Positions 26,441 to 38,399 of a stretch of DNA of 64,000 nt are shown piece by piece; the stretch's first letter is position 1, and each line of letters starts with the position of its first letter. The stretch spans positions 329,206 through 393,205 of the forward strand of contig NMRA01000125.1 of assembly GCA_002633005.1 (NCBI GenBank), read 5' to 3'. The position numbers and the translations under genes are program-made. This DNA comes from Phoronis australis. Taxonomy: Eukaryota; Animalia; Phoronida. Below the pieces are notes generated by a model. That model did no database searches, had not been told where the DNA came from, and saw nothing but the letters and a program-made list of their open reading frames with translations.

Positions 26441-26685
26441 AGAAGAGGCTGAATTCTTCCTAAAAAGGAAATTAGAGAGTGATTGTGAAATAACTTTTTG
26501 TTTTTGTTTTCATGTTCATTTGGTTTGTTTTCAAGTCATGTGTACCCGTTTGTTTCAAGAAGGCAACTGTTTGGAATTCACGGACGAAGATGTGATATTT
26601 TTGTCAAAGGTTTTTTGATAATCGGTCAGTTGCTGTTGTTTGTGATGATGTGTGCTGGTTATTTTACCCTTCAACATATTTTTGA

Positions 26686-26800
26686 AATAAAATATGATAA
26701 TTCTATATCATTCCACCAATGGTTTCCATGTTTGATATTTACAAGTTTCTGTTGTGACATTGTTCTGGATATTGTCAAAACCTGCTTATAAGTCAATAAA
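26686..26800 (+). promoter_or_regulatory. Candidate polyadenylation signals of the CFAP46-like gene
   Basis: AATAAA at about 26686 and 26795; the second is followed by T/GT-rich sequence. Confidence 0.45.
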
Positions 26801-27619
26801 GTATAGCAATATTCTGCTGGCTCATCTGTGTTTTCAATTCTAGCATTCAAGATGAAGACAGTACAGCTCGCTTCTGAGAGTTGGTGCTCTTCTGCCCTTG
26901 TAATTTCAATTATTTATGGTGTCCTCTGAAATAATTCATGACACTTAACACTTAAACCTGACAAATCTGCCTTCCATCACGAAAATTAAGTTTTCATTTA
27001 AACCACTAACCATGCTGAAATTGGTCTCAAAAATTTCTTTGGTCAAAATAAATATAACTAAGTTCCAGGCTTGGGATGAAGTGCCAGACTGGTTACGGCT
27101 CGACACAAGTTGTTATGGCTGCTTGGGCTTGAGTTTAAACCAACTGTCAGTTTTTGTGAGAGCAGAAATCACTTCTCTGAGTAAAGAACAAGTGCTGAAA
27201 CCAGTTTTAATTGTGACATACCGCGCCAGATGCTAGTGATGTTCAAAGCAAGTTATTTGCACCTTATGTCATTATCTACCGTACATTAGATCTTTGGCAT
27301 CAGAAAGCTGTGAGTAATGGGTATAAATCAGAAGTTAGATTCTTCAACTGAACGTTGGTTTATTTTGAATTTAGTATACAACATAGAATACGACTGCGTG
27401 CAAAAATTAGTAACTGAAAACTTTTTTGCGTTCTACCCAATTTCATGAAATGGCCGGTGATATCGCCTTGCGAGTATGATCATGTTTTTCGTCCTTATCC
27501 TTTGGTCCCCCTTTCCCTTTTGTGTGTCTTTCTGTATGATCAGATTTTTAAATCTTTTGTTAACCTTATTTAGCGTAACCTCAGTTAAGGGATGCCTCCG
27601 AAACCGTGTATAACCCCAA

Positions 27620-30110
27620 ATGGTTAACATTAAGTGCGTGTCTATAAATGTCCGAGGCATTAATTCAGAAATAAAGTGAGCTCAACTCTTTAAATGATTG
27701 AAACAAAAGAATTATGACATAGTTTACTTACAAGAAACATACAGCGTCCCTGTTTCCGTTGATAAATGGGAACGTGAGTGGAGTGGTCCGGTATATCACA
27801 GTTCTAGTCACGGCACTAATCATAATAAAGGCACTGCCATTTTAATTCATCCACGTTTGGATTTTGAACCATCTTTAGTCCAGAACGATACTTACGGTAG
27901 ATACAATGTTCTCAATTGCAAAATTGCAGAACAAGATTTCATTTTACTCAATCTGTACTTTCTAAATGAAACCAGGAAACAAGTCGAATTTCTGGATTTC
28001 ATTAATTTAGAACTCCATAATTTTGTAAACAACCAAAGTAATCTTTGCGCTGATGATTTTAACTGCGCTCCCACAGACTTAGATAAGAAAGGAAAACTAG
28101 GTGTATTCCACGAAAAGTCCTGTAATACAGAACGTCAATTTTTTAAATCTAATTTCAAGTTGTACGACGTATGGCGTGAAAATAACCCAGGTGTGAGGAA
28201 ATACACTTGGAGGGATAAGACTATGTCATGCCAAAGTAGAATTGACGTGGCTAATTTCCAGAGAAGTAGCAGTAAAAGACGTTGCCATTATTATCGAGTT
28301 TGTGTTTTCAGACCACTCTGCCATTACTTTACATTTTGAAATATCCGAAAATGCGAAAGAGGTCCTGGTCTTTGGAAATTAAACACTAGTTATTTAAACG
28401 ATACCAATTATATAAACAAAATAACTAATTGTGTCGAATTTTTTAGCATACAATACCGACATATTGAAGACAAAAATTTAGTGTGGGAATTAATTAAAAT
28501 GCAAATAAGGAAAATTTCAATCTCTTTTGCAAAAGAGGTTGCAAAGAAGACCCCGGCGCTCTGACGAAATTGTTTTAATAGAAAAAAATAACGCTTTGAC
28601 AGCCAAGATGGAAAGCGACCCTTCAGAGGAATTAAAATGGGTTTACAAAAAGCCAAAATTGATTTGCAAATTATCCAGACCCAAAAAATTAAGGGCTCGA
28701 TTTTGCGTATTAAAGCACAATGGGCAGAACAAGGCGAGAAGGGAAAATATTTCAAAAGACCTAGAGTTGCGCCACAGCAAGCAAAAACATATTAACGTCC
28801 TTAAAGATGGTGCTAAAACTATACATGATGCAGCAAGCATACGGAATATGCAAGTGAACTATTACAAAAAACTTTACTCCGATATTGAAGAATGCAACGG
28901 AGAAAGAACGTATCCGATCGACCTTTTAAATTTACCAATGCTATCTCCTGCAGATTCTTACGATTTAGAAAAAAATCTAACAGAAGAAGAATTGTATGAA
29001 TCTCTTTTAAAGAAAAATCCTAACAAGACGCCTGGTAATGATGGCATCAGCTATGAATTTTATAAAACCTTTTGGAAGGTAATTAAAGACCATTTATTGG
29101 GGAGCGTCACATACAGCTTTGGAAACGGTCACATGTCCAATTCACAAAAGCAAGGCGTAATCACGTTAATCCCAAAAAGTAAACAGTCCGAGGAAATACT
29201 ATCTTCAGACAATTGGAGACCTATCTCTCTTTTGAACTATGACTATAAATAATAACTAAAACAATCGCAAACAAAATATACAAATATATTGACAATTCAA
29301 TTCATCCAGATCAAACATCCTTGCGGAAACGTTATATAGCCCAGAATATACGTGTAATTGACGATATGATTGAATTTTACAAAGAAAAGCACGCCCCGGT
29401 CACATTGTATTCCTCGATTTCAAGAAAGCGTACGATACTGTAAAGTGGGAGTTTTATTTCAGTCCTTAAAAGCTTTTAATTTTGGTGACGTTTTTATCGA
29501 TAGAATCCGTACATTGTATTCTGGAATTTCGTCATGTGTGTTGAACAACGGATTTACATCACGGTATTTTAACATAGAGAAAGGCCTCTGACACATCATA
29601 TCAGAAGCAATGAATTAATTAGTGTCTTCACAATAGCCAATCACGTAATCAAAATCGCACAGTATGCAGACGATACAGTTCTTTTCATTAAAGACATAGA
29701 ATCTGGCAATAACTATTTTAGATTATTTTGGAACTCCACTTGAATTATGAAAAATGCCAAGGAATGTTTGCCTCAACAATGCACTGAAATCGTAAACCAC
29801 TTTACGGAATCAGCTGGCCCCAAAAGCCCATTAAAAGTCTAGGAATATTCTTTGGAGGAAAAGGAGATGACGCTGAAAAACTCAAAAGCTTAAAGACCTG
29901 TTCAATATTTGGAAAATACGAAATTTGTCCATAAAAAGCAGAATCTTCCTTACGAAAACTTTTGGTTTATCGAAACTCATTCATGTAGTGTCAACTGTGA
30001 GTATCACCAAAAAAGAATTCGTGAAGTTAATAAACTTATCGGAGAATTTATTTGGTTAAATAACCACCAAAAAAATAAAGAAACTGTGACTATTTCGCAA
30101 TATCACTAAC
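27620..30110 (+). mobile_element. Degenerate L1/Tx1-clade non-LTR retrotransposon ORF2 (APE endonuclease plus RT), with frameshifts and a 3' truncation
   Basis: APE motifs SINVRGI, DIVYLQET, KGTAILI, DDFN, YTW, SRID and SDH; GPGLWKLNTS linker; RT motifs KTPGNDG, QGVITLIPK, NWRPISLLNYDYK and QYADD (~29660); many stops and frameshifts; the QG motif region is deleted. Confidence 0.9.
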
Positions 30111-31765
30111 ATGGAACTGATCAAGTTAAACTTCATTACTAGTTTTGTCATCGATATCCGAAACTCTCAGACTATCGATCACAAGTCGGTGAAGCTCGAG
30201 ATATAGCGAGCAGGGGGAAGATCTATTCAGCCCGACTAATTAATTTAAACATTAGGTCACGTGACATGGACAGCAGGTGACGTGCAAACCGGACTTGAAA
30301 CTGTTTGCGATATACAAAGTTAAAACATTTGCTGAAGGAACAGTTGCCAAATGTTCACACGATGCATTTATGATGTCATGTGATACCTGTCACGAACTGT
30401 CAAGTGAAGAGATCATAATTCAAGGCGACACTTCCCCCGTTTTATTTACGCTTGTAATTACGTGCGTAATTTTATGGCGACACTTCCCCCAACGAACAGC
30501 CCATCATGAATTTATGCCGTTACAATTTAAAAAGAAGATTAAAACCTATGCCTTAAAGAATGAATTAACGCTGTTGGTAATAATTAGTTTACGTACATTA
30601 CGTACGCATCGTTCACCCACTTGGACAACGATATTTGACGGGATACGTCCTTAAAGGACCATTCAGTGTTGATTTCGTGCAACTCGGCAACAATACCGTC
30701 TTACAAATGTAGCGCTGTGTAGTATTGTACGTTTTAAACATGAAATTTGGTAAGAAGTTTGTGTTTTGGGCGTAAAAGAAATAATAACGCACTTTGTCAT
30801 ACTCGGGGTTTGTCCACGTACGTTGCTACTCAGTTGGCAGTAGGCCACTACGTGACATTTGGGGGATTGATTTGATTCGATGAAACCATGTATTATGAAT
30901 GCAATAGCTAGTATTCCGGGTCCGGTCTCTAATCTTTGTACTCGAAACGAACTCGAAACTATTTTTGGCAATTTTTCTGCTCCTTTTGTGCGAACTTAAG
31001 ATAATTGGTTATCAGACTGTGCTCGAATACATTATAGTTTATGCATAGGAGTTTCTAGTTCAAGTTTGCCCTTGAAGACCCTTATGTTCGTGCTACAAAC
31101 TCGAGTAAAAACTCGAAATTTCGAGTTCAAACTCGAACTTATTGCTTTAATATTGGGTTTACAAACTGCGAACTAAGNCGACTGGAATACATCCACCCCG
31201 TTGTCACTAGCCTGCTGATGATGGCGGGAAATCCCGCGTCACTTAAGCTGATGTCGGGTGATTTTTTGAAAAATGTGTAATTAAAAAATATCGTATCGCC
31301 CCGTCAATTCTCGAAAAACTCAGACCAGAATCAATTATTTGTTTGACTTTTGATTTTGCACAAGGTACCCCAAGCACAGTGGTGGTATAAGCTTTAAAAT
31401 ATCTACAAAATGAGAAGTTTTTTACGAACAATTTTACAGTTGATGTTACGAAATATAGAGAAGGAACATATTTACATTTATACAAAATGTCTTTTGGAAA
31501 ACGGCGATAAACCAGTTTTGGGGACCTCCGGAGCAATATTGATTTCAAACAACGTAACGATTGTACGAGAATGGTGATAAATAGGTTTGTACGATTTGGT
31601 CGGAAAGGACCGGAGAAGTATTGACGAATTAAACTAGCTATAGCAGCATCAGTTTCAACAATTTTTTGAAATTGAGAGATAACATGTCTTTAAATTGAAC
31701 AACTGGCCAGCCATATGATTTTCGGAAGCATGTTTTGTAATTGTCAATGTAAATGCCCTGAGGAT

Positions 31766-32115
31766 TTAGGTCAGTTTGCGATAAGGAATAAAACGTTAAG
31801 TTGCAGATGACTGGAAAAATGAATTTCGGGGAACTGTTTAATAGCACTCATATTCCTATGGTTAGCAAAAGCTTTGTCGTTGTACGAATACGATACCAAT
31901 CACAACATAATGTCTTCAAGAACTTTACATTAAAAAACATGACTTTAGGTCAGTTTAAAGTAAGGAATAAAATAATTGTTGCCGACTGGAAAATAACATT
32001 TCGGGAAACTGTTCAATAGCAATCACATTCCAATGGTTAGCAGACGCTTTCTCGCTATACGAATACGTTATCAATCACAACACAATGTTATCTAGAGCTT
32101 TACACTAAAAACCCT
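31766..32115. repeat. Two diverged ~179 bp tandem units inside a probable non-autonomous repeat; mirrored at about 60360-60710
   Basis: The unit ttaggtcagttt...cgaatacgataccaatcacaac...aaaaacatg is seen twice; a Helentron-derived origin is only a guess. Confidence 0.65.
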
Positions 32116-32877
32116 GGGGGTTATTTGGGGAAAATTGTAGCAATCAACGACGATGATCTATGGGATAAAACTGCATGAACTAGCAACAAAAACATTAATA
32201 ATGATAACAGGACTGTGTTATGGGAATTTCCCCCAAAAAGGCTGACACATTATTTACGCCTTCCATAGGCCTTTGCAGCAAACTGCTTTAAATTTACTGC
32301 TCATACTCAGCAAGCCTATCGGCCGCTTTGGGGAATTTTGAAAGTGTTTTAATGTCTTTTGTTATCTATGGCGTCTTCGGACGCAGAGAGTGAATCAGAC
32401 GCGGTAGATTCGGATTAGACGTGAAAGTTTGAACAATCACGACTGGATTGCAGTTAAAACTACGGTAGCTGTAAAAGGACGCCACGGCAACTTTTTTCTC
32501 TGCTGCTAAGTCTATCAATAGACTTAGTAACTCTATCGATAAACTTGCTAACTCTATCAACAGACTTACTATCTCTATCGAGACTAGTTTATAGGATATA
32601 TTTTTAAAGTGAGCCTAACAAGCGTCAAATCCCAGTGAAAATCCATTTTCGTTGTAGGACTCCTCTCTCATGACTAGATTCTATCACCAGAGCCTTTTAA
32701 TTGAAATTTAATTTGTTTATTGCCACTTGTTCATTGCGTTTTGTCCCGTACTCACTTGAGGTCTTATAATAAATAATTGCTCAATGACGAATTCAAACAT
32801 TTAGTTTCTATGCTACACTTCTCATTTATACATACAATTTTGATACCAGATGTGAATGTTTGCAGTGAAACGCAAAT

Positions 32878-34668
32878 TGATGTGCGACAACCATTCCGTG
32901 GTGCATATCATCAATAAGACTTCCTCTAAGGACCCTAACATTATTCGCCTCGTCCGACGCCTGGTCCTCTCTACCCTACACCATAATATCCATTTCAAGG
33001 CCAAACACATCCCTGAAAAACTAATTTCATTGCCGATAAGTTGTCTCGCTTTCTTTTCCAGGATGCCTTTTCCATGGCTCCATGGCTCTCTCCAACACCG
33101 ACCACAGTTCCACAGCACCTCCTTACGTTCGCTCCTCCGGGCGTCTCTTGCTCCATCCACCATCTCCACTTACCATCGCGTCTTTTCACATTTTCTCCAT
33201 TACCATTCCTCATAAGCATGCCCCTTGCCTGTGTTTCCTGTCTCCACATCGACCTTAGCTTCTTACATAGCACATCTCTTCTCGTCTGGCTTAACTGCAT
33301 CTACCATCTCTACCTATGTCTCCGCCATTGGTTTCATTCATAAACTGGACTCCTTACCTGACCCTACCTCCTCTTTTCTGGTCAAGAAAATTCTGAAGGG
33401 GGTGTCCAATTCGCGGCCATCCGTGGACACCCGGCTCCCCATAACTACACCTATTCTTCACCGCCTTCTTAACGCCCTGCCCTCTGCTCTCAACTCTCAT
33501 TTCCATGCATCTCTCTGTGCCGCTATGTTTTCCACTGCCTTTCACGCCTTCCTTCGTGTTAGCGAATTTACTGTCGCCACCTCTGCCTCATCCCCATTCT
33601 CTGTCCTCCAGGTCTCGGATGTCTCAGTCACGTCTTCGTCCATGTCTCTCACTATCTCCCACTTCAAACATCACGATCACACCCCTAACATTCTCGTTAT
33701 CCCCCGTTCTACTGGTCCCCATTGCCCTGTTGCAACCCTTCAACACTACCTCACTCTCTCCAACCACTCTTCTGGCCCTCTCTTCCAGTTACCTAATGGT
33801 TCCCCCATCACTCGCTCTTACTTCACTCGCCACCTTAACTTGGTACTTGGGTGCGTCGGTCTCGATCCTCAACGCTATAAATCTCATAGTTTTCGTATTG
33901 GTGCAGCCACCTCCGCTGCTAACCTCCAAATTCCGGACTCCACCATCCAGCGTATGGGTCGCTGGAAGTCTGACGCGCTCAAGAACTACATTCGTCTCTC
34001 CTCCTTAAACTTGCCCGTTGCTAACGTTCCCACACCTTCATTGACATGATCATCCACCACCCAGGGGTAGCTCTGCCAGTCAGTGCTTCCCCTCCTTACA
34101 CCACCTCTTCATCCTGGGGCATCTGTATTGCCAGTGCCCCCCCTCGCTCACCACTCCCTTTTCATCGCGGGGCACCTGTATTGCCAGTGTCCCATTCATA
34201 GGCACCTGTATTGCCAGTGTCTCTTTCACTCACACCATTTCTCACCCTCGGACGCCTGTATTGCCAGTGTCCTAATTCCCTTATTCCCCATTTTCATTGC
34301 CACGCCCTTTCCACTCACCTTTTTGGGGTTCTCCCTCCCGGGCAGTCTTTCCCGCCCCTTTTACATTTGTTGTTGGTTTACCTCATGCCCTATTATGGGT
34401 TATTCTATACTTAGCTTTTTTNGCCCCCTTTTTCTTATGCTACTTTTCTCCGCCTCGTTCGCTCTCCCTTGGGTGGGCGGATGCATCCTTCTGCTGCATC
34501 TGTGGCAGATTGTCACCCACCTTTACAGTTCAACATGTTATATAACTTTTGTAATTACCGATATCTGTAGTAGTTTAATTTGTCATAATATATATGACCT
34601 TTTATCTCAACTACACGTGTTGTTTCACTGTAAACTAGCTTCGGTATCGCTTCGCAGTTAGCGCATGT
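32878..34668 (+). mobile_element. 5'-truncated DIRS-order (Ngaro-like) tyrosine-recombinase retroelement
   Basis: RNase H C-terminus CDNHSVVHIINK..SKD...HIP/(frameshift)NFIADKLSR overlaps the YR N-terminus LAPSTISTY; no methyltransferase between them; absent at the paralogous site (~54017-54025). Confidence 0.85.
33063..34049 (+). pseudogene. Tyrosine recombinase of the Ngaro/DIRS-like element; one in-frame TAA at 33213-33215, catalytic domain ORF 33225-34049 intact
   Basis: Catalytic residues present: R in FLRVSEF, K in HFKH, HSFR(IGAAT), W in GRW and Y in NYIR. Confidence 0.88.
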
Positions 34669-36566
34669 AAATGCATTTATTGTAAAAATAAAGCTCTTAA
34701 ATCCAGTAGCTCCATATCACTCAATAACAACAAGGCTCAAAAAGTATCAATACTGTCGTACTGGCAAGTGCACAAGTGACGACCTGATTGCACATGTGAT
34801 ATTATAAACCGGCGGTTTAAACATGGCACCTCGTTGCAATGGTCAGCACACTTTCAAAAATAGAGCTATTGCGATAGGTCTAACCTTCTGAAAGTAACGA
34901 ATCCGGACTCCTTATAAAATCCTTCTCACACGTACGTGCATCTTGCTTATAGTTACCGCATCACCATATGTATATACATGTATAACAAAAGAAATCGTAT
35001 TCCAATTTTGTTGAAACACAAAGGATATAAATCCATCTCACATCTATCTAACTTACAGTTAGTACATGTACCAATACCCTCAAAAAGTACTTTGAACTTA
35101 ACAATACGCAACACAATAAATCAGCATGTACGTTATAGAAGCTTTTCTACTAAAACAAAACAATTTCAACAGCTCAGCAGTCTGTTCGGTGCCTCCATAT
35201 GAGTTCTTGAGCCACAGCAAAAACCCAGCATACTGTCAGACTTGAAACCATCAGTGCAGTGATCTAAGAACCATGATTTTAGACGATATTGGAAACGTAT
35301 TAGCAACGAGTGACTCTGAAAACTAGCTCAAGAGTATCTTGTTTACCCAGATACTGACAAACCCAAAACAAACTTTTAAACCATAGAATTGTAAGGTATA
35401 AAAATGGTCGCCAATTTCCATGTCACACAGCAAATATAGAGGCTGTGCACTTCGGGATAATGGCTGATAAAGTCAAGCCAAAATGAGTTAGCCCTGTCTA
35501 CATCTGTATTGTATGCCGACACAAGGCGGACCAGCTGTTTATTATTCCGTAGCAACCCCCTGTTGGAGGTATGGCAGATATAAAACATCAGGGGATTCAT
35601 ACTCATACACGATCATTTAACTACTCAGATTAACCGCAGCACCTTGGCTGTGTTGTGGGACATGGTACATCGCAGACTCCACGATCAATAGTAAGCAGTT
35701 CAGCAACACTCACCATCTTAGCATAGAGAGCTCGTCTAACAGACCAAACAAATCACCTCAAAAGGACAATGAGCAATTCCTCCACGGAAGCTTGATTAAT
35801 GAGCTATATAAATATGTAGATATTTATCTCATTGAGCTTGATGATCATACAAGCGAGGCACCAACTGAACCTCGGTCTCGTTACAAATGTCGTCTGCTGA
35901 CTGATGCCTTGATGGAGAACTAAGTTAACACTATCGAAAGAGATAGTAAGTCTATCGAGAGAGTTAGTAAGTCTATCGATAGAGATAGTAAATCTATCGA
36001 TAGAGATAACAATTCTATCGATACAGATAGAAAAAAGTTGACGTGCCGTCCTTTTACAGCCACCGTATGTAAGTAACTTCGTCAGGGCATTAGTATGAGT
36101 TGTTTTTTAATTTATGTCGAACAATGAATATTATCTCACCAATGAGCACCGATCATCTTGGTGATAGGACCTTCATAAATGGCTATATATTCATCAAATC
36201 CATTCCTAACTACTCAAAGTTTCACTTCTGTCGGTGCAATAAAGAGACAGTTTGGAATCATGAGACTTTTTGTAAGTATCAACTGCACGACTGTTATGCC
36301 GGTCATTCTTAAAATGGTCCCATTAATATTTCGAATACGAAAGCGAGGCTAAGCACGACAATGATGTAATCGTTCATTATACATAATTTAACTTTTGGAT
36401 TCTTCGAAGAGGTCCCCAAAAATACTCGTTAACTCCAGGAACGAACAATGAAAGAAATGATTCAAATATCAAGGAGAAAGTTCATTTATCGCGTAGGTAG
36501 CTGTTGTGCGCAAGTTAAGTCTGGGCCTCACCGTCTGTCGTAGTCTCATTTTAAAATGTAAACCTG

Positions 36567-36717
36567 GCGTGCGTTCAGTAGACGCTAGGACTTACGCTAG
36601 GACCTAGCTAAAACCTAGTCAAAGTCACGTGTTTTCATTTGAAATGCACGGCAATGTCTCACGTAATCTCGCGAAATCTTGCTTTTTAGCGAGGTCCTAG
36701 CGTTACTGAACGGGAGC
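36567..36717. mobile_element. 151-bp PIF/Harbinger-like MITE with a 3-bp CTG target-site duplication
   Basis: Imperfect TIR GCGTGCGTTCAGTA / TACTGAACGGGAGC with CTG on both sides; the right arm shows the empty site atgtaaacCTGgctttt (reverse complement, ~50985-51001). Confidence 0.82.
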
Positions 36718-38399
36718 CTGGCTTGTGTAAGAGGCTTTATAGTAAAATCAAAAATGTTGATTGCATTGGGTACAATAAATCTTGTGAATATTTTGAATGA
36801 ACAAAACACTTCAGTAGGACGAGGTTACCAATCTGCTGGACACCTAAGAGCACTAAGCTATCTAACTGCGCAAGGAATCTTCATGGCTTAATTCTTATTC
36901 CGATTTGCCCGGCAAATTTCGAAAGAGGCCTGTCCATGCTAACCTGGTTCCTCAGTTCGTTTTTGGTGGGAAAAGTAAAGCCGTTCTCTGTAAATTTTAG
37001 CTTTGCAGTTGCTGAAAGAAACACATCACTATCTGTTAACGTTGACTGCCTGACGATTCAGTTATTAGGTCGCTTTTGCGCGGAGCGAGTTGTAACGACG
37101 CCAGTTAACCTCTGTCAGTGTATTTTCAGAACGATATCGTAAACTGGACCACCACGGAAGTCGATAACAAGAAGCCAGTCCGCGTAAGCTCGGGTTGAAC
37201 ATTTGAAATTCCAAGAAATCATGTAGAATTCCAATTATTATGCCGCTTTTAGAAGAGTCCCGGGCTTTTAGCATTATTACGATGTGTAAACACCTGTCCC
37301 AAAAATGAAGGGCAACCTAGAGGGGAAACCAAGGTTCTGTTGCCATTTTAGTCGACTGAACAATCTATGGAAACAATCCTAAAGAGCATTGTATCGCACC
37401 ATCAGACTGTATATATTAAAACATACGTGATTATTTTGTTTACTTGAAATAAAAAATAATCTGGTTTAAAAATTGATTCGGATTTTCTCATTTTCTCATT
37501 TCATTGCAAAAATACTGGGACCAGGTTAGTATAAGTTGTCTGTTTTTGCTTCAACGATTACTCTGTGTACAGAGTTTTTAAAAACATCATTTCGGTGAAT
37601 AGAAAACTTTTAAGTTGCTGGACCCGAATTTGGCGAATAAGACGACTAAAATTCAAATTATACACTGAAACAAATCATGATCTTTGATCCGGGTTACAAA
37701 AATTCCCAAACCTTGTCCTTGCATTCTTTAGTAATGATCGCGGATCAGATCTTTCCACGGATTCCATTTAATTTTTACACAACTATCGTTAAAAACTGCA
37801 AGGACGCGCGTGAATTGAAACATTCCTGTTATTGCTTAACCAATAATGGCATCGACAGACTCTAGTAATGCAATCAGTTCGCAGCCGTGCATCATCCAAG
37901 TGTGTATCTCGCGCTCGTGATAACTTGAAGAGCGTTATTTAGGTAGATTGAACCAAAGACATATTGTCCTTTATTAAGATTAAGTAAGAAAGTTTCACGT
38001 GAAACTGATCAGCCATTTCTGAGATCATTCGGAATGTTTTGGGTGTTTTCTTGAGGTTTTGAAAATATCCAATTTGGGACATTTTTCTAGGATGCTACAT
38101 CACCATAAGGGTAAGCAATCCCTGGAAGTTTTCTCAGTTTAAAGGCAAAATGACAACGCGGACGCGTGGCTTCTCAGTTGATTGGTTTCAAGTAAACTTA
38201 TTGTTCAGTACGAGACAATTAATCGGCAAGGCAAATAGAAAGATTTGTGGGACATGACTTAGCTCTAAAATGAGATGTGTCACGAATCAATGACTGTGAG
38301 CCTGTAACAATATGTGGCCACTAACAACCTACATGATCAGGCAACGCTATGACTCCAACTCGCTTTCGGTCACAACATTTTGTAACGACTTTTTCACAG

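Larger units (their letters stand above)
32461..36067. mobile_element. Non-autonomous TIR element with TACGG...CCGTA ends and subterminal 21-bp arrays (IS3EU-like termini), interrupted by the YR retroelement
   Basis: TACGGTAGCTGTAAAAGGACG at 32461 and CGTCCTTTTACAGCCACCGTA ending at 36067; inverted GATAGTAAGTCTATCGATAGA arrays just inside both ends; no target-site duplication visible. Confidence 0.6.

Noticed and set aside
34118-34271. CRISPR-like repeat-spacer appearance
   Set aside because: The repeats are only about 14-19 bp, the spacers are irregular and low-complexity, the context is a eukaryotic retroelement, and there are no cas genes
33505-34661. Overlapping 167-aa and 192-aa ORFs beside the recombinase
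   Set aside because: C/T compositional bias suppresses stop codons; no recognisable domain
38091-38110. 20-nt AG/GT-bounded segment with an ATG (MLHHHK) as the lectin's first coding exon
   Set aside because: Splicing it to exon 2 puts the ATG out of frame in both paralogues; at most a non-coding exon
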